DNA of 64,000 nt from an uncultured Verrucomicrobiota bacterium. Lineage in GTDB: Bacteria > Verrucomicrobiota > Verrucomicrobiia > Limisphaerales > UBA9464. Position numbers and translations under genes: made by a program. Within the stretch, counting starts at the first letter, position 1. Each line of letters begins with the position of its first letter. The notes beneath the pieces were generated by a model. That model saw only the letters and a list, made by a program, of their open reading frames with translations, was not told the DNA's origin and searched no databases. Shown in pieces: positions 55,693 to 64,000 of this stretch. The DNA lies in the NCBI GenBank assembly GCA_903922605.1, contig CAIXUG010000086.1, positions 3,384 to 67,383 on the forward strand, written 5' to 3'.

Positions 55693-56577
55693 ATGGAATT
55701 GCGCCAGCTGCGCTACTTTGTCGGCGTGGCCCACGAACACAGCGTGACCCGGGCGGCAGCCCGTCTTCACGTCGCCCAGCCCGCCCTCAGCCGGCAAATT
55801 CACCAGCTCGAGGCCGAGGTCGGCGTGAAGCTGCTGGCGCGGAGTTCAAAAGGGGTGGAACTCACCCCGGCTGGCGAGGCCTTCCTGAGCGAGGCCGAAG
55901 CCATCCTGCGCCAGAGCGAGCAGGCGGTCCGCTCCGCCCAGCGGCATGAGCTGGTCCAGCGCGGCCAGCTCAACGTCGGCTATGTCTGGGGCCTCTTTCA
56001 CACGCTGGTGCCGCAATGGGTGGCGTGTTTCCGGCAGCAGCATCCCGAAGTGGCGATCAACCTGTTCGACCTCACCGCAACCGGCCTGGCAGAAGCGTTG
56101 CAGGCCGGGAAACTGGATCTGGGCTTCATCGGCTTTGCCTATGAGGCCGATTCCGTCGGGCTGGAGAAGCGCAAGGTGGCCGCCTGTGATTTCCTCGCCG
56201 CGTTGCCGGCCAAGCATGCCGCGGCACGCCAGCGCCGGGTGAAACTGGCATCGCTGAAGGACGAATTCTTCATCGCGATTTCTGCACTTACCTATCCCGG
56301 AGCCGCACAGGTGTTGAACGATGCCTGCCACGCGGCCGGCTTCCGGCCCAAGATTCTACAAACTGCCGAGCGCGGCTTTACCCTGCTGGGATTGGTGGCG
56401 GCGGAGTGTGGCGTGACCCTGCTGCCCTCCGCGTTGCAGGCGCTCCCGCATCCGGGAGTGGTGTTTCGCCCGCTGTCGCCGGTACCCGTGGCCGACCTGT
56501 TTGTGGCGTGGAACCGGCAGCCGCTTTCGCCCCTGGCAAGGCAGTTCGTGGACGCCCTGCCGGCGCCTCGGAAATAG
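55693..56577 (+). CDS. LysR-family transcriptional regulator, divergent from the aminotransferase
   Basis: MELRQLRYFVGVAHEHSVTRAAARLHVAQPALSRQIHQLE wHTH. LysR substrate-binding C-terminal half. Confidence 0.9.
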   Translation: MELRQLRYFVGVAHEHSVTRAAARLHVAQPALSRQIHQLEAEVGVKLLARSSKGVELTPAGEAFLSEAEAILRQSEQAVRSAQRHELVQRGQLNVGYVWGLFHTLVPQWVACFRQQHPEVAINLFDLTATGLAEALQAGKLDLGFIGFAYEADSVGLEKRKVAACDFLAALPAKHAAARQRRVKLASLKDEFFIAISALTYPGAAQVLNDACHAAGFRPKILQTAERGFTLLGLVAAECGVTLLPSALQALPHPGVVFRPLSPVPVADLFVAWNRQPLSPLARQFVDALPAPRK

Positions 56578-56635
56578 CGCCCGCGTTTTGTCGGTCGGAT
56601 ATTGCCGGCGGCGGGTGTTACCTCGTGAAGCTGCG

Positions 56636-58069
56636 ATGAAAAACACCCCCGATCATGAACTGCTACGCCGCTATGCCGAACACGGCACCGAGACGGCGTT
56701 CACCGAACTGGTCGGGCGGCACTGCAATCTCGTCTGGGCCGCCGCGCGCCGGGTCAGCGGCAATGGGGAAACCGCCCGCGACGTTGCCCAGTCCGTCTTC
56801 GCCGACCTGGCGCGCAAGGCCGACAAACTGCCGCCGGGAACGGTGCTGGCCGGCTGGCTTTATCGGGCGGCCTGTCACGCGGCGGCCAACCATATTCGCG
56901 GCGAAGCACGCCGTGCCCAGCGGGAGCAAGCGGCCATGCAACAACACGAATTATCGCACGCCGACGCCACCGAAAAACGCCTTGCGGAAGAGCTACAACC
57001 GCTGGTGGACGCCGCCCTCAACGAACTCAGCGTGGCCGACCGGGACGCGGTCGTGTTGCGGTTCCTGGCCGGCCGCAGCCTGGCGGAGGTGGGAGCCACT
57101 CTCGGGCTCAGCGAGGACACCGCGCAAAAGCGTGTCAGCCGTGCCTTGGAAAAGCTGCGCGAGGCGTTCCGCCAGCGCGGCGTGAGCATCAGCGGCGGAG
57201 CGGCGGCGGCCGCCCTCAGCGTGGCCGGCGCTCAGGCGGCCCCGGCGGGCTTGGCGCTCATCGTCGCCACCGGCGCGCTGGCCGGTGCCGGGGCCACGAC
57301 CGGAACATTCTCCCTATTCGTACTTATGAAATCCAAACTCGTACTCGGGATCATTGGCGGCGCGACCGTAGCCTCCGCCCTGGTCTGGCAACAGCACTCC
57401 AACAAACAGCTGGCCGAAGAAAACGTGGCCCTGCGACAGCAGGTGGCGGCGTTGACGACGGTGGCATCCCCGCCGGCGTCATCGACTGCAACGGACGGGC
57501 GTTCAGCTGGCACGGCAGCCGAAGAACATGCCGAACTGCTCCGCTTGCGTGGCGAAGTCGCTCGCCTGCTGAAAAGTCAGCAACCATCCGCAGGCGGTGA
57601 CGTCACCAGGCGCCTGCAAGCCGCCGAAGCCCGCGCGACCCAGGCGGAAGCGACAGCCGCCCAGCTCAAGGCTGAGGAAGACACCAAGCAACATTCCATC
57701 CGGATCGTCAACGCCTTGAAGAATCTCGGCCTCGCCGCCCGCATATTTTCCACCGACCATCAGGATCGCCTCCCCACGACCTTTGATGAGATGCGCAACG
57801 AAATGGGGCTGTCGGCCGAAGGAACCTTCCCGGGCGGCATTTCGCCCAACCTGTTTGAGTTCTTTCCGCACGAACGCATCATTAGCGAAACGGAACCACA
57901 GATGATCATGTTCCGCGAAAAGGCGGCGCGTCAGTTGCCCAATGGCGATTGGGAACGCAGCTACGCCCTTGTCGACGGCTCGGTCCAGACCCTGCACTCC
58001 CCCAACGGGGATTTCAGCCAGTTTGAGCGTGAAGGCACGGGCACGCTCGCCAATGCGCCCAAAAAGTAG
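56636..58069 (+). CDS. ECF sigma-70 factor fused to TM segments, coiled coil and a C-terminal domain
   Basis: From ATG 56636. Region 2 (FTELVGRHCNLVWAAARRV...DVAQSVF) and region 4 (LSVADRDAVVLRFLAGRSLAEVGATLGLSEDTAQKRVSRALEKLR). Then hydrophobic stretches, heptad-rich segment and ~130-aa tail. Confidence 0.8.
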   Translation: MKNTPDHELLRRYAEHGTETAFTELVGRHCNLVWAAARRVSGNGETARDVAQSVFADLARKADKLPPGTVLAGWLYRAACHAAANHIRGEARRAQREQAAMQQHELSHADATEKRLAEELQPLVDAALNELSVADRDAVVLRFLAGRSLAEVGATLGLSEDTAQKRVSRALEKLREAFRQRGVSISGGAAAAALSVAGAQAAPAGLALIVATGALAGAGATTGTFSLFVLMKSKLVLGIIGGATVASALVWQQHSNKQLAEENVALRQQVAALTTVASPPASSTATDGRSAGTAAEEHAELLRLRGEVARLLKSQQPSAGGDVTRRLQAAEARATQAEATAAQLKAEEDTKQHSIRIVNALKNLGLAARIFSTDHQDRLPTTFDEMRNEMGLSAEGTFPGGISPNLFEFFPHERIISETEPQMIMFREKAARQLPNGDWERSYALVDGSVQTLHSPNGDFSQFEREGTGTLANAPKK

Positions 58070-58088
58070 CCGCGGCAAAGCCAAACGG

Positions 58089-58114
58089 CCGGCCCCGAAT
58101 TCTTTCGGGGCCGG
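58089..58114 (+). terminator. GC-rich hairpin downstream of the sigma-fusion gene (weak U-tract)
   Basis: ccggccccgaa (58089-58099) / ttcggggccgg (58104-58114) with ttct loop, 20 nt after the stop at 58069. Only tt follows, so intrinsic-terminator function is uncertain. Confidence 0.45.
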
Positions 58115-58169
58115 TTCCGCTTCCTGAAGCTTGTCGCCGTCCGTACGGAAATGCTTACGCTGGGCCAGG

Positions 58170-58436
58170 ATGACGCCCGATTATTGTCCGAGCTGCGGTT
58201 CAGCGGTGCCTGAGAACGCGCGAGCGTGCCCCGACTGCGGAGCCGATGAGACGACGGGCTGGTCGGATGAGGCGCACGCGGAACGGTTGGGCATCCCCTC
58301 GGAAGACTTTGACCACGATGCCTTCGTCGAAGAGGAGTTCGGCGATCCGGGCCGCCGCAAACGTCCCCTGCATTGGCTCTGGTACGCCACCGCCATCGGA
58401 CTGCTCGGTGTGACTCTGTGGTGGTGGTTTCGGTAA
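58170..58436 (+). CDS. Zinc-ribbon protein with C-terminal TM helix
   Basis: MTPDYCPSCGSAVPENARACPDCG (CxxC...CxxC). C-terminal LHWLWYATAIGLLGVTLWWWF. Confidence 0.6.
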   Translation: MTPDYCPSCGSAVPENARACPDCGADETTGWSDEAHAERLGIPSEDFDHDAFVEEEFGDPGRRKRPLHWLWYATAIGLLGVTLWWWFR

Positions 58437-58497
58437 ATTCGGCCGGCATCCCATTGCTTTGCCTCTCGGCTTCGCCTATATCACGCCGCGAATCGTC

Positions 58498-59049
58498 ATG
58501 CGCCCGCTGCCCCGTTCCTTTTACGACCGAGACACCGTCGTGGTTGCCCGGGAACTCTTGGGGAAAAACCTGGTCTTCACGCCCGACGGAGGTCCCCGTA
58601 TCGGGCGTATCGTGGAAACGGAGGCGTACCTCGGCCCCCACGATCTTGCGGCGCATTCCTCCAAGGGCCTGACGGATCGCACTCGCATCATGTTTGGCCC
58701 GCCCGGGCATGCGTACGTCTATCTGATCTACGGGATGCACTATTGTCTCAATGTGGTGACGGAGCGGGAAGGCCACGCCTCCGCCGTGCTGCTGCGTGCG
58801 CTCGAACCGGTTCAGAACCTCAGCGGGCGTACGTGCGGCCCTGGACTGCTCTGCAAGGCGATGGGCATCGACAAACGGCTCAACGGCCATGACCTGCTGA
58901 GTGACGACCTCTTCGTCGCTGAACCGTCTTCGCCGGAATGCTTTCGCATCGTCGCGCGACCGCGCATCGGGGTGGATTACGCAGGCGCGTGGGCGAAGCG
59001 GAGGCTGCGCTTCTACATCCGGGGAAATGCCTTCGTTTCCCGGCCCTGA
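58498..59049 (+). CDS. mpg: DNA-3-methyladenine glycosylase (Mpg/AAG family)
   Basis: From ATG 58498. FYDRDTVVVARELLGKNLV, IVETEAYLGPHDLAAHS, GHAYVYLIYGMHYCLNVV, RIGVDYAG. Confidence 0.85.
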   Translation: MRPLPRSFYDRDTVVVARELLGKNLVFTPDGGPRIGRIVETEAYLGPHDLAAHSSKGLTDRTRIMFGPPGHAYVYLIYGMHYCLNVVTEREGHASAVLLRALEPVQNLSGRTCGPGLLCKAMGIDKRLNGHDLLSDDLFVAEPSSPECFRIVARPRIGVDYAGAWAKRRLRFYIRGNAFVSRP

Positions 59050-59067
59050 GCTGCGCTTTCCGTGGGA

Positions 59068-59850
59068 TTAGCGCCGAGCGATCAGCGTCAGCATCGGCCA
59101 CCACCAGACGGTTTTGCCCTCTTCTTCACCCAGCGACAGCAGGCGGCGCACGCCGGTGGGCGCATCGGCTACCAACTCCCGTACCCGCAGCCGGTTTTCC
59201 GCCGACGTTGCGGCGGTCTCAAAATACCACTCCAAATCCGGCTGCTTCTTGAGGTGTATGCCCCGGCTTTGCACGTGGAGAGCAGCCGCCGTGCAAAGCT
59301 CGCCCCAAGTGCGCGGTGACAGCAGACGGTGATGACTGGGATCACGAAGCTTTTCCACCTCGTGCAGCCAGGCCTCCGTTTCCGGTTCGTCGTCCTGAAC
59401 GGTACCATCGATGAGCAGGAAATATCCTCCAGGAACCAGCACACGGGCGACCTCCAACACGAACCGGTCGGGCGCGCTGAAGTGGTGTGGTGCCACCCGG
59501 CAGGTCACGAGGTCAAAGCTGGCATCGGCATACGGCATGGCCTCAGCGGGATGCTGACTAAACTGCACGGACAGCTTCCGCTCGGTCGCCGCCTCGCGGG
59601 CACGTTGCAGCATTGGCTCGGTGAGATCGGAGAGCGTGACCTCGTGCCCAAGACTGGCCAGGAGCAGGCCGGTGTGCCCCGCTCCTGTGGCGACATCCAG
59701 CACCCGGGCCTTGGTCGGCAGGGAGATCGTGCCGAGCGCGGCCCGCACGTCCGCGACATCTTCCAAAATGTGCCCCTTGCCGTAGCGATGACTTTGCCGG
59801 CCAAACTGTTCGCTCGCCGCCTGCTGGACGGAATTGAGTTCGCCGTTCAT
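59068..59850 (-). CDS. Class I SAM-dependent methyltransferase
   Basis: Motif I VLDVATGAGHTGLLLA and post-I DLTEPML. Methyltransf_11-type spacing. Confidence 0.8.
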   Translation of the reverse strand: MNGELNSVQQAASEQFGRQSHRYGKGHILEDVADVRAALGTISLPTKARVLDVATGAGHTGLLLASLGHEVTLSDLTEPMLQRAREAATERKLSVQFSQHPAEAMPYADASFDLVTCRVAPHHFSAPDRFVLEVARVLVPGGYFLLIDGTVQDDEPETEAWLHEVEKLRDPSHHRLLSPRTWGELCTAAALHVQSRGIHLKKQPDLEWYFETAATSAENRLRVRELVADAPTGVRRLLSLGEEEGKTVWWWPMLTLIARR

Positions 59851-59904
59851 GCCGGACAGCCTAAGGCTGCCGGCACGGCAGGAAAATCAAACTTCTTCGG
59901 CAGG

Positions 59905-61185
59905 TCAGCGCGCAGCCGACTTGCTGCTCACGTCGAGGCACACGGCTTCCTTGGTGCTGCGCGCGTAGATGCGACCGTTGCTCACGATCGGTGTGGTCCA
60001 GCACTTGCCATCCAGCACCTTGGCGCGAGCGATCTCCTGGTAGCTGTCCGCCGCCGCCTTCACGAGGATCAGTTCACCCGTATCGCTCAGCACGAGCACG
60101 TTGTTGCCGACGAGGATGACCTGGCCGGGGCCAAAACCGGCCTTTTCCCACTTCACTTCGCCGGTGGCCACATCGACGCATTTCAGCGGGCCGCTGCCAT
60201 ATTCCTTGAACTGGAAGAGGCCGTAGAGATTGCCGTCTTTGAGGACGGGCGTGCTCCAGTGGTTGGCGAGCGGCTTGTCGCCGGGCTTCCGATAAATCTC
60301 GGCGGCAGTGAACTTGTCGCCCTCCTTGGTGACTTTGCACGCGCCCGCGCCCACCCCATAGCCCGCGGAACAATAGACGATATCCCCGGCCACGACTGGC
60401 GAGGAGGCGGTCGAAACACGGAACGGGAAGGCATAGCGCCACAGTTCCTTGCCAGTTTGCGGCTCGACGGCCAGCAAACCGGACTTCAGGAAGAATATGA
60501 TCTGCCGCTGGCCCAGAATCGTCGCCGGCGTCGGCGTCGACTGGGTCATGGTCTCATCAAACGCCTTCCACGCGACCTCGCCGGTTCCCTTGTCAAAGGC
60601 CAGCAACGACTGCCCTGCGCCACCGCCGGCCACCAGAACCAAGTTACCTTCCACCACCGGTGCGGCGGCGTTCTGCCACTGGATATTACGGCCGGCGAAT
60701 TCCTTCAGGAGATCATGCTGCCAGGCCACCGTTCCGGTTTTGGCGTCGAACGCGGTGACGACCAGCTTGGCGGATGTGACGTACACCTTGCCCTGATCGT
60801 AGGTCGGCGTGGAACGCGGTCCATCGCCGCCCTTGTTGCTGTCCGTGCCGCTGTCGCCCCCGCCGTCGTATTTCGCAATGCCCAGGGTCTTGGTCCAAAG
60901 CTCCTTGCCCGTGTCGGCATCGCGCGCCACGCAGACCTCCTGTTTGGCCCCATCGGTGTCGCGCAATTCCAGAGTGAAAACCCCGTTGCCGCCGGCAACG
61001 AAGGAGCTGAAGCCGCTGTCACTCGGCACCTTCCACAACTGCTTCGGGCCCGCTTCTGGCCACTTCTGGGAAATCTTCTCGGTGGAAATCCGGTCGCCCT
61101 TGGGGCCACCAATGAAGGCCCAGTCGGCAGCTTGGGCGAGGGTTGCCGTGATCAGGCTCAGGGTTAGCAGCGGGAGGCGGTTCAT
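59905..61185 (-). CDS. PQQ-like (BamB-type) beta-propeller repeat protein, exported
   Basis: From ATG 61185 (MNRLPLLTLSLITATLAQA). Repeated ...G.V.A.D..TGKELW/..TG.V.W.. blades. Confidence 0.75.
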   Translation of the reverse strand: MNRLPLLTLSLITATLAQAADWAFIGGPKGDRISTEKISQKWPEAGPKQLWKVPSDSGFSSFVAGGNGVFTLELRDTDGAKQEVCVARDADTGKELWTKTLGIAKYDGGGDSGTDSNKGGDGPRSTPTYDQGKVYVTSAKLVVTAFDAKTGTVAWQHDLLKEFAGRNIQWQNAAAPVVEGNLVLVAGGGAGQSLLAFDKGTGEVAWKAFDETMTQSTPTPATILGQRQIIFFLKSGLLAVEPQTGKELWRYAFPFRVSTASSPVVAGDIVYCSAGYGVGAGACKVTKEGDKFTAAEIYRKPGDKPLANHWSTPVLKDGNLYGLFQFKEYGSGPLKCVDVATGEVKWEKAGFGPGQVILVGNNVLVLSDTGELILVKAAADSYQEIARAKVLDGKCWTTPIVSNGRIYARSTKEAVCLDVSSKSAAR

Positions 61186-61240
61186 ACGCAGGCGTATTTG
61201 TCCGTATCCGCCCAGTAGGTCAACGGATTTCTCAGACGTG

Positions 61241-62017
61241 CTACCAGCCCAGCCGCTGGGACACCTCGCCGGCGAACACCTCGTAGGCGGCCGCGCCGGC
61301 GCTATAGGGGTCGTACACGGTGATGGGTTTGCCAAAACTGGGTGCCTCAGCCAGCCGCGTGGTACGCGGGATGACCGTGTCAAAGACCTTTGCGGCAAAA
61401 TGCTGCCGTACCTCGGCGACGACGTTTTGGGCCAGTTTCGTGCGGCCGTCATACATCGTCATCAGCACCCCGAGCAGGTCAAGTTTCGGGTTGATGCCCG
61501 TTTCCCGGACCTGATTGAGCACGCGCGAGATCATGGCGACGCCTTCCAGGGCGTAATACTCGCACTGCAATGGCACGATCAGCCAGTCGGCGGCGGCGAA
61601 GGCGTTGAGCGTAAGAATGCCGAGCGCCGGAGCGCAGTCGAAAAGGATCAGGTCAAACTGGCCGGAATCACGCACCGGCTGGAGGGCGACCCGGAGGCGG
61701 TTCAGATAGTCATCGGTGCGGGCCAGTTCCACCTCGATGCCACAGAGGTCGAATTCGCTCGGAAGCACCGACAGGTTGGCAAAGGCCGTCGGCTTGATGC
61801 GCTCCTGCAACCCGCCCTCGCCCAGGAGGGCCTGATAGACGCTGCCGCCCTCGGTCTTTTCCAGACCGAGACCGCTCGTGGCGTTGCCCTGGGCATCCAG
61901 ATCCACCAGCAGCATGCGCCGTCCCTGCACGGCGAGGCAGGCGGCCAGGCTGATGGCGGTGGTGGTTTTTCCGACGCCACCCTTCTGGTTGGCGATCGCG
62001 AGGACTTGTGTAGGCAC
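61241..62017 (-). CDS. parA: ParA/Soj-type partition ATPase
   Basis: Deviant Walker A LAIANQKGGVGKTTT, LLVDLDAQGNAT, ILFDCAP. GTG 62017 preferred; the ATG 62122 alternative adds 35 aa with no ParA similarity. Confidence 0.85.
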   Translation of the reverse strand: MPTQVLAIANQKGGVGKTTTAISLAACLAVQGRRMLLVDLDAQGNATSGLGLEKTEGGSVYQALLGEGGLQERIKPTAFANLSVLPSEFDLCGIEVELARTDDYLNRLRVALQPVRDSGQFDLILFDCAPALGILTLNAFAAADWLIVPLQCEYYALEGVAMISRVLNQVRETGINPKLDLLGVLMTMYDGRTKLAQNVVAEVRQHFAAKVFDTVIPRTTRLAEAPSFGKPITVYDPYSAGAAAYEVFAGEVSQRLGW

Positions 62018-62033
62018 GCCCGGCAAACTTCGA

Positions 62034-62068
62034 ACTCCGAAGTCCGAAGTCCAAGGGGAATTTTGCGG
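62034..62068 (-). repeat. Heptamer array (caaactt cgaactc cgaagtc cgaagtc caagggg) in the parA leader
   Basis: Three good CGAANTC units at 62041-62061 with degenerate flanking units. Lies 17-51 nt upstream of the preferred parA GTG start, in the parA / pyrophosphatase divergent region. Confidence 0.6.
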
Positions 62069-62143
62069 CCCGCAGTGAAAACGCGATTTTTTCCGCTCCG
62101 CGATTGAACCGCCGCACGCCATCCCCTATCCCAAGAAGGCTTC

Positions 62144-63814
62144 ATGAGCGAAATCATCGTCATTGGCCACCGCAACCCCGACACCGACGCCATCTGCTCC
62201 GCCATCGGCTATGCCGAGTTCAAGCGCCGCACCGGCGCCCGTGACGTCGTGGCGGCCCGCTGCGGCGACACGAACGAGCGGATTGATTTCGTGCTTCGCA
62301 CTTTCGGGGTGCCGGCACCGAGGTTCATCGCCGACGTCTCCCCGAAGGTCAGCGACGTGATGCAGTCCAACGTCATTTCGGTGCCGCCCCGCATGAGCGT
62401 GGTCGAGGCGCTGGCGGTGATGGACCAGAAGAACATCCGCGTGCTGCCCGTGCTCGACAGCGAACGGCGCTGCCGTGGCCTGATGTCGGTCTTCAAGGCC
62501 AGCAAGTTCTTCTTCCCCTCCCCCAACCGCATCTACGATTCCCGGCGCATTCTGGCCTCCGTGCGCAGTCTCTCGCGGGTGCTGGGGGCCAAGATGATCT
62601 GCGCCTTCAACCCCGACCAGGAGGAGGATCTCACCCTCATGGTCGGTGCGATGAAGCCGGTTTCCTTCGCCGCCCGGCTCAACAACTACGCACCCGAAAA
62701 GCTCGTCGTGGTGGTCGGCGACCGTGAGGACATCCAGAAGCTTGCCATCGAGGGGCGTGTGCGCACGGTCGTCGTCACGGGCGGCCTCGACATCTCGGAG
62801 GACATCCGGAATCTCGCGCGTCGCAACGAGGTCACCCTGCTGCTCACGCCGCATGATTCGGCCACGACGGCGATGCTCTGCCGCTCCGCCATCGCCGTGG
62901 AACACCTGCTGCGGGAGGACTTTCTCACCTTCGGACCGGATGAATCCCTGGCGGGCATCTCCCGCGTCGCCGCCGAGTCGCAATTCCAAGCCTTTCCGGT
63001 GGTGGACGAGGACCAGCGCGTCGTCGGCATCCTCTCCAAGTCCGACTTCCTCAAGAAGGTGGATCGCCAGCTGATCCTGGTGGACCACAATGAGCTGACC
63101 CAGGCGGTCTTGGGGGCGGATCAGGTCGAAATCATCGAGGTGATCGACCACCACCGCATCGGCGCCTTCAGCACACCGCAGCCGATTCTTTTCCGCAACG
63201 AACCTGTCGGTTCTACCAGTACGATCGTGGCCGACTGCTTCTTCCGCTACGGGATCGAAATGCCTCCTAGCATCGCCGGCCTGCTGCTGGCCGGGCTGGT
63301 GAGCGACACCCTCAACCTCACCTCGCCCACCACCACCCAGCGGGATGTTGAAATCCTTACGGAATTGGAAAAGCGGGCCAAGGTCGATGCGGCCGAGTTC
63401 ACCGAGAAACTGTTCAGCTCCGGCTCCGTGCTCGTCACCAAGCCCGTCGAGCAGGCCATCACCACCGACTGCAAGGAATACATCGAGGCCGGCCACAAAT
63501 TCAGCGTTGCCCAGATCGAGGAGATTGGATTCGACAATTTCCACAAGCGCCAGACCGAGATCCAGCGCTCACTCGAAACCTACCGCACCAGCAACGGCTA
63601 CCTCTTTTCCGCCCTGCTGGTCACCGACGTGGTGCTGCAAACCTCGCTGCTGCTGGTCTCCGGACCGCGCAAGTTTGTGGACAGCATGCCCCACACGGAG
63701 GTTTCTCCCGGCATTTTCGAGATGCCCGGCGTCGTGTCCCGGAAGAAGCAGCTGCTACCGTTCCTCACCCACCATCTGGCGCGGGTTGCGCCCATGCTGA
63801 ACGGTGGGGATTAG
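62144..63814 (+). CDS. CBS-domain family II inorganic pyrophosphatase (DHH-CBS/DRTGG-DHHA2)
   Basis: IVIGHRNPDTDAICSAIGYA (DHH motif I), CBS pair, DRTGG-like LVVVVGDREDIQ...VVVTGG, second CBS pair, LVDHNE, DHHRIG, C-terminal DHHA2 region. Confidence 0.8.
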   Translation: MSEIIVIGHRNPDTDAICSAIGYAEFKRRTGARDVVAARCGDTNERIDFVLRTFGVPAPRFIADVSPKVSDVMQSNVISVPPRMSVVEALAVMDQKNIRVLPVLDSERRCRGLMSVFKASKFFFPSPNRIYDSRRILASVRSLSRVLGAKMICAFNPDQEEDLTLMVGAMKPVSFAARLNNYAPEKLVVVVGDREDIQKLAIEGRVRTVVVTGGLDISEDIRNLARRNEVTLLLTPHDSATTAMLCRSAIAVEHLLREDFLTFGPDESLAGISRVAAESQFQAFPVVDEDQRVVGILSKSDFLKKVDRQLILVDHNELTQAVLGADQVEIIEVIDHHRIGAFSTPQPILFRNEPVGSTSTIVADCFFRYGIEMPPSIAGLLLAGLVSDTLNLTSPTTTQRDVEILTELEKRAKVDAAEFTEKLFSSGSVLVTKPVEQAITTDCKEYIEAGHKFSVAQIEEIGFDNFHKRQTEIQRSLETYRTSNGYLFSALLVTDVVLQTSLLLVSGPRKFVDSMPHTEVSPGIFEMPGVVSRKKQLLPFLTHHLARVAPMLNGGD

Positions 63815-64000
63815 GTCCCGACCGCCAGCGCCTTTACTAGGGTGTCGGCCAGCCGCTCCGCCGCGAAGCTGACGCGCTTCTGAAAGCGCATGAGTTCCGG
63901 AATCTTTCCGGGTGAACGTACCAACTGTCCGGCCAGCTTCAGGAAGTCCATGCGGTAGTCCGCAGTCATCAGTTTGTTGAAATCGAGCGGCAGGTCTTCG
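63811..64000 (-). CDS. 3' end of an unidentified gene (5' end outside the window)
   Basis: Minus-strand frame is open from the window edge to TAA (complement of 63811-63813): ...EDLPLDFNKLMTADYRMDFLKLAGQLVRSPGKIPELMRFQKRVSFAAERLADTLVKALAVGT. No family recognised. Confidence 0.4.
   Translation of the reverse strand, partial: EDLPLDFNKLMTADYRMDFLKLAGQLVRSPGKIPELMRFQKRVSFAAERLADTLVKALAVGT

Noticed and set aside
59329-62107. 612-aa and 432-aa plus-strand ORFs
   Set aside because: They are antisense to the methyltransferase, PQQ-propeller and parA genes, all of which carry clear family motifs on the minus strand.
62126-63544. 472-aa minus-strand ORF
   Set aside because: It is antisense to the CBS-pyrophosphatase gene, whose DHH, CBS and DHHA2 motifs are in the plus frame.

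Overview
This is a 64-kb high-GC chromosomal segment. My hand counts of 100-nt samples give about 64 % GC in typical genes. It carries roughly 50 protein-coding genes. I could not recognise any rRNA, tRNA, CRISPR array, transposase, integrase or phage gene. The gene content suggests a PVC-superphylum (Verrucomicrobia/Planctomycetes-type) genome: DUF1549/DUF1553 + DUF1501 pairs, prepilin-like DUF1559 proteins, a DUF1080 protein, a TAT-leader TIM-barrel isomerase, a CRTAC1/ASPIC protein and an ECF sigma with a membrane extension. That assignment is an inference from content only.

Layout, in order:
- lepB (partial), lptD-like, tilS.
- A MacAB-type efflux operon with unusual Gly-rich/LTxxQ additions.
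- A GH10 xylanase.
- A membrane pentahaem cytochrome-TPR protein paired with a CRTAC1-like protein.
- Envelope/lipid genes: MGDG-synthase-like GT, SGNH hydrolase, fatty-acid hydroxylase, rhodanese.
- trpF.
- A fructan-type locus with binding protein, GH32 and permease but no ATPase.
- The dominant feature: a 19-kb same-strand, translationally coupled array of four DUF1549/DUF1553 (PSCyt2/PSD1) + DUF1501 pairs. It has nested accessory genes (a low-GC orphan ORF, a DUF4440-like lipoprotein, a HEAT-TlpA thioredoxin) and ends in a prepilin-like gene.
- Housekeeping genes: rluD-like, panE, HU, Ser/Thr kinase, aguB, aminotransferase/LysR, ECF sigma fusion, mpg, methyltransferase, PQQ propeller, parA, CBS-pyrophosphatase.

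The most unusual sequence-level signal is a set of AT-rich repeats built on a 7-nt lattice and translated in frame. Three of the four DUF1553 genes carry a ~100-nt palindrome built of TCAGTRA-type heptamers at the same linker position; it encodes SVISESV...TDSLITDSL-type peptides. The fourth gene carries a direct TCGTAAA heptamer array at that same position. Further CG-anchored heptamer arrays lie in frame inside panE and in the parA leader.

Many long ORFs in the supplied track are antisense shadows of real genes, as expected at this GC content, and I rejected them.
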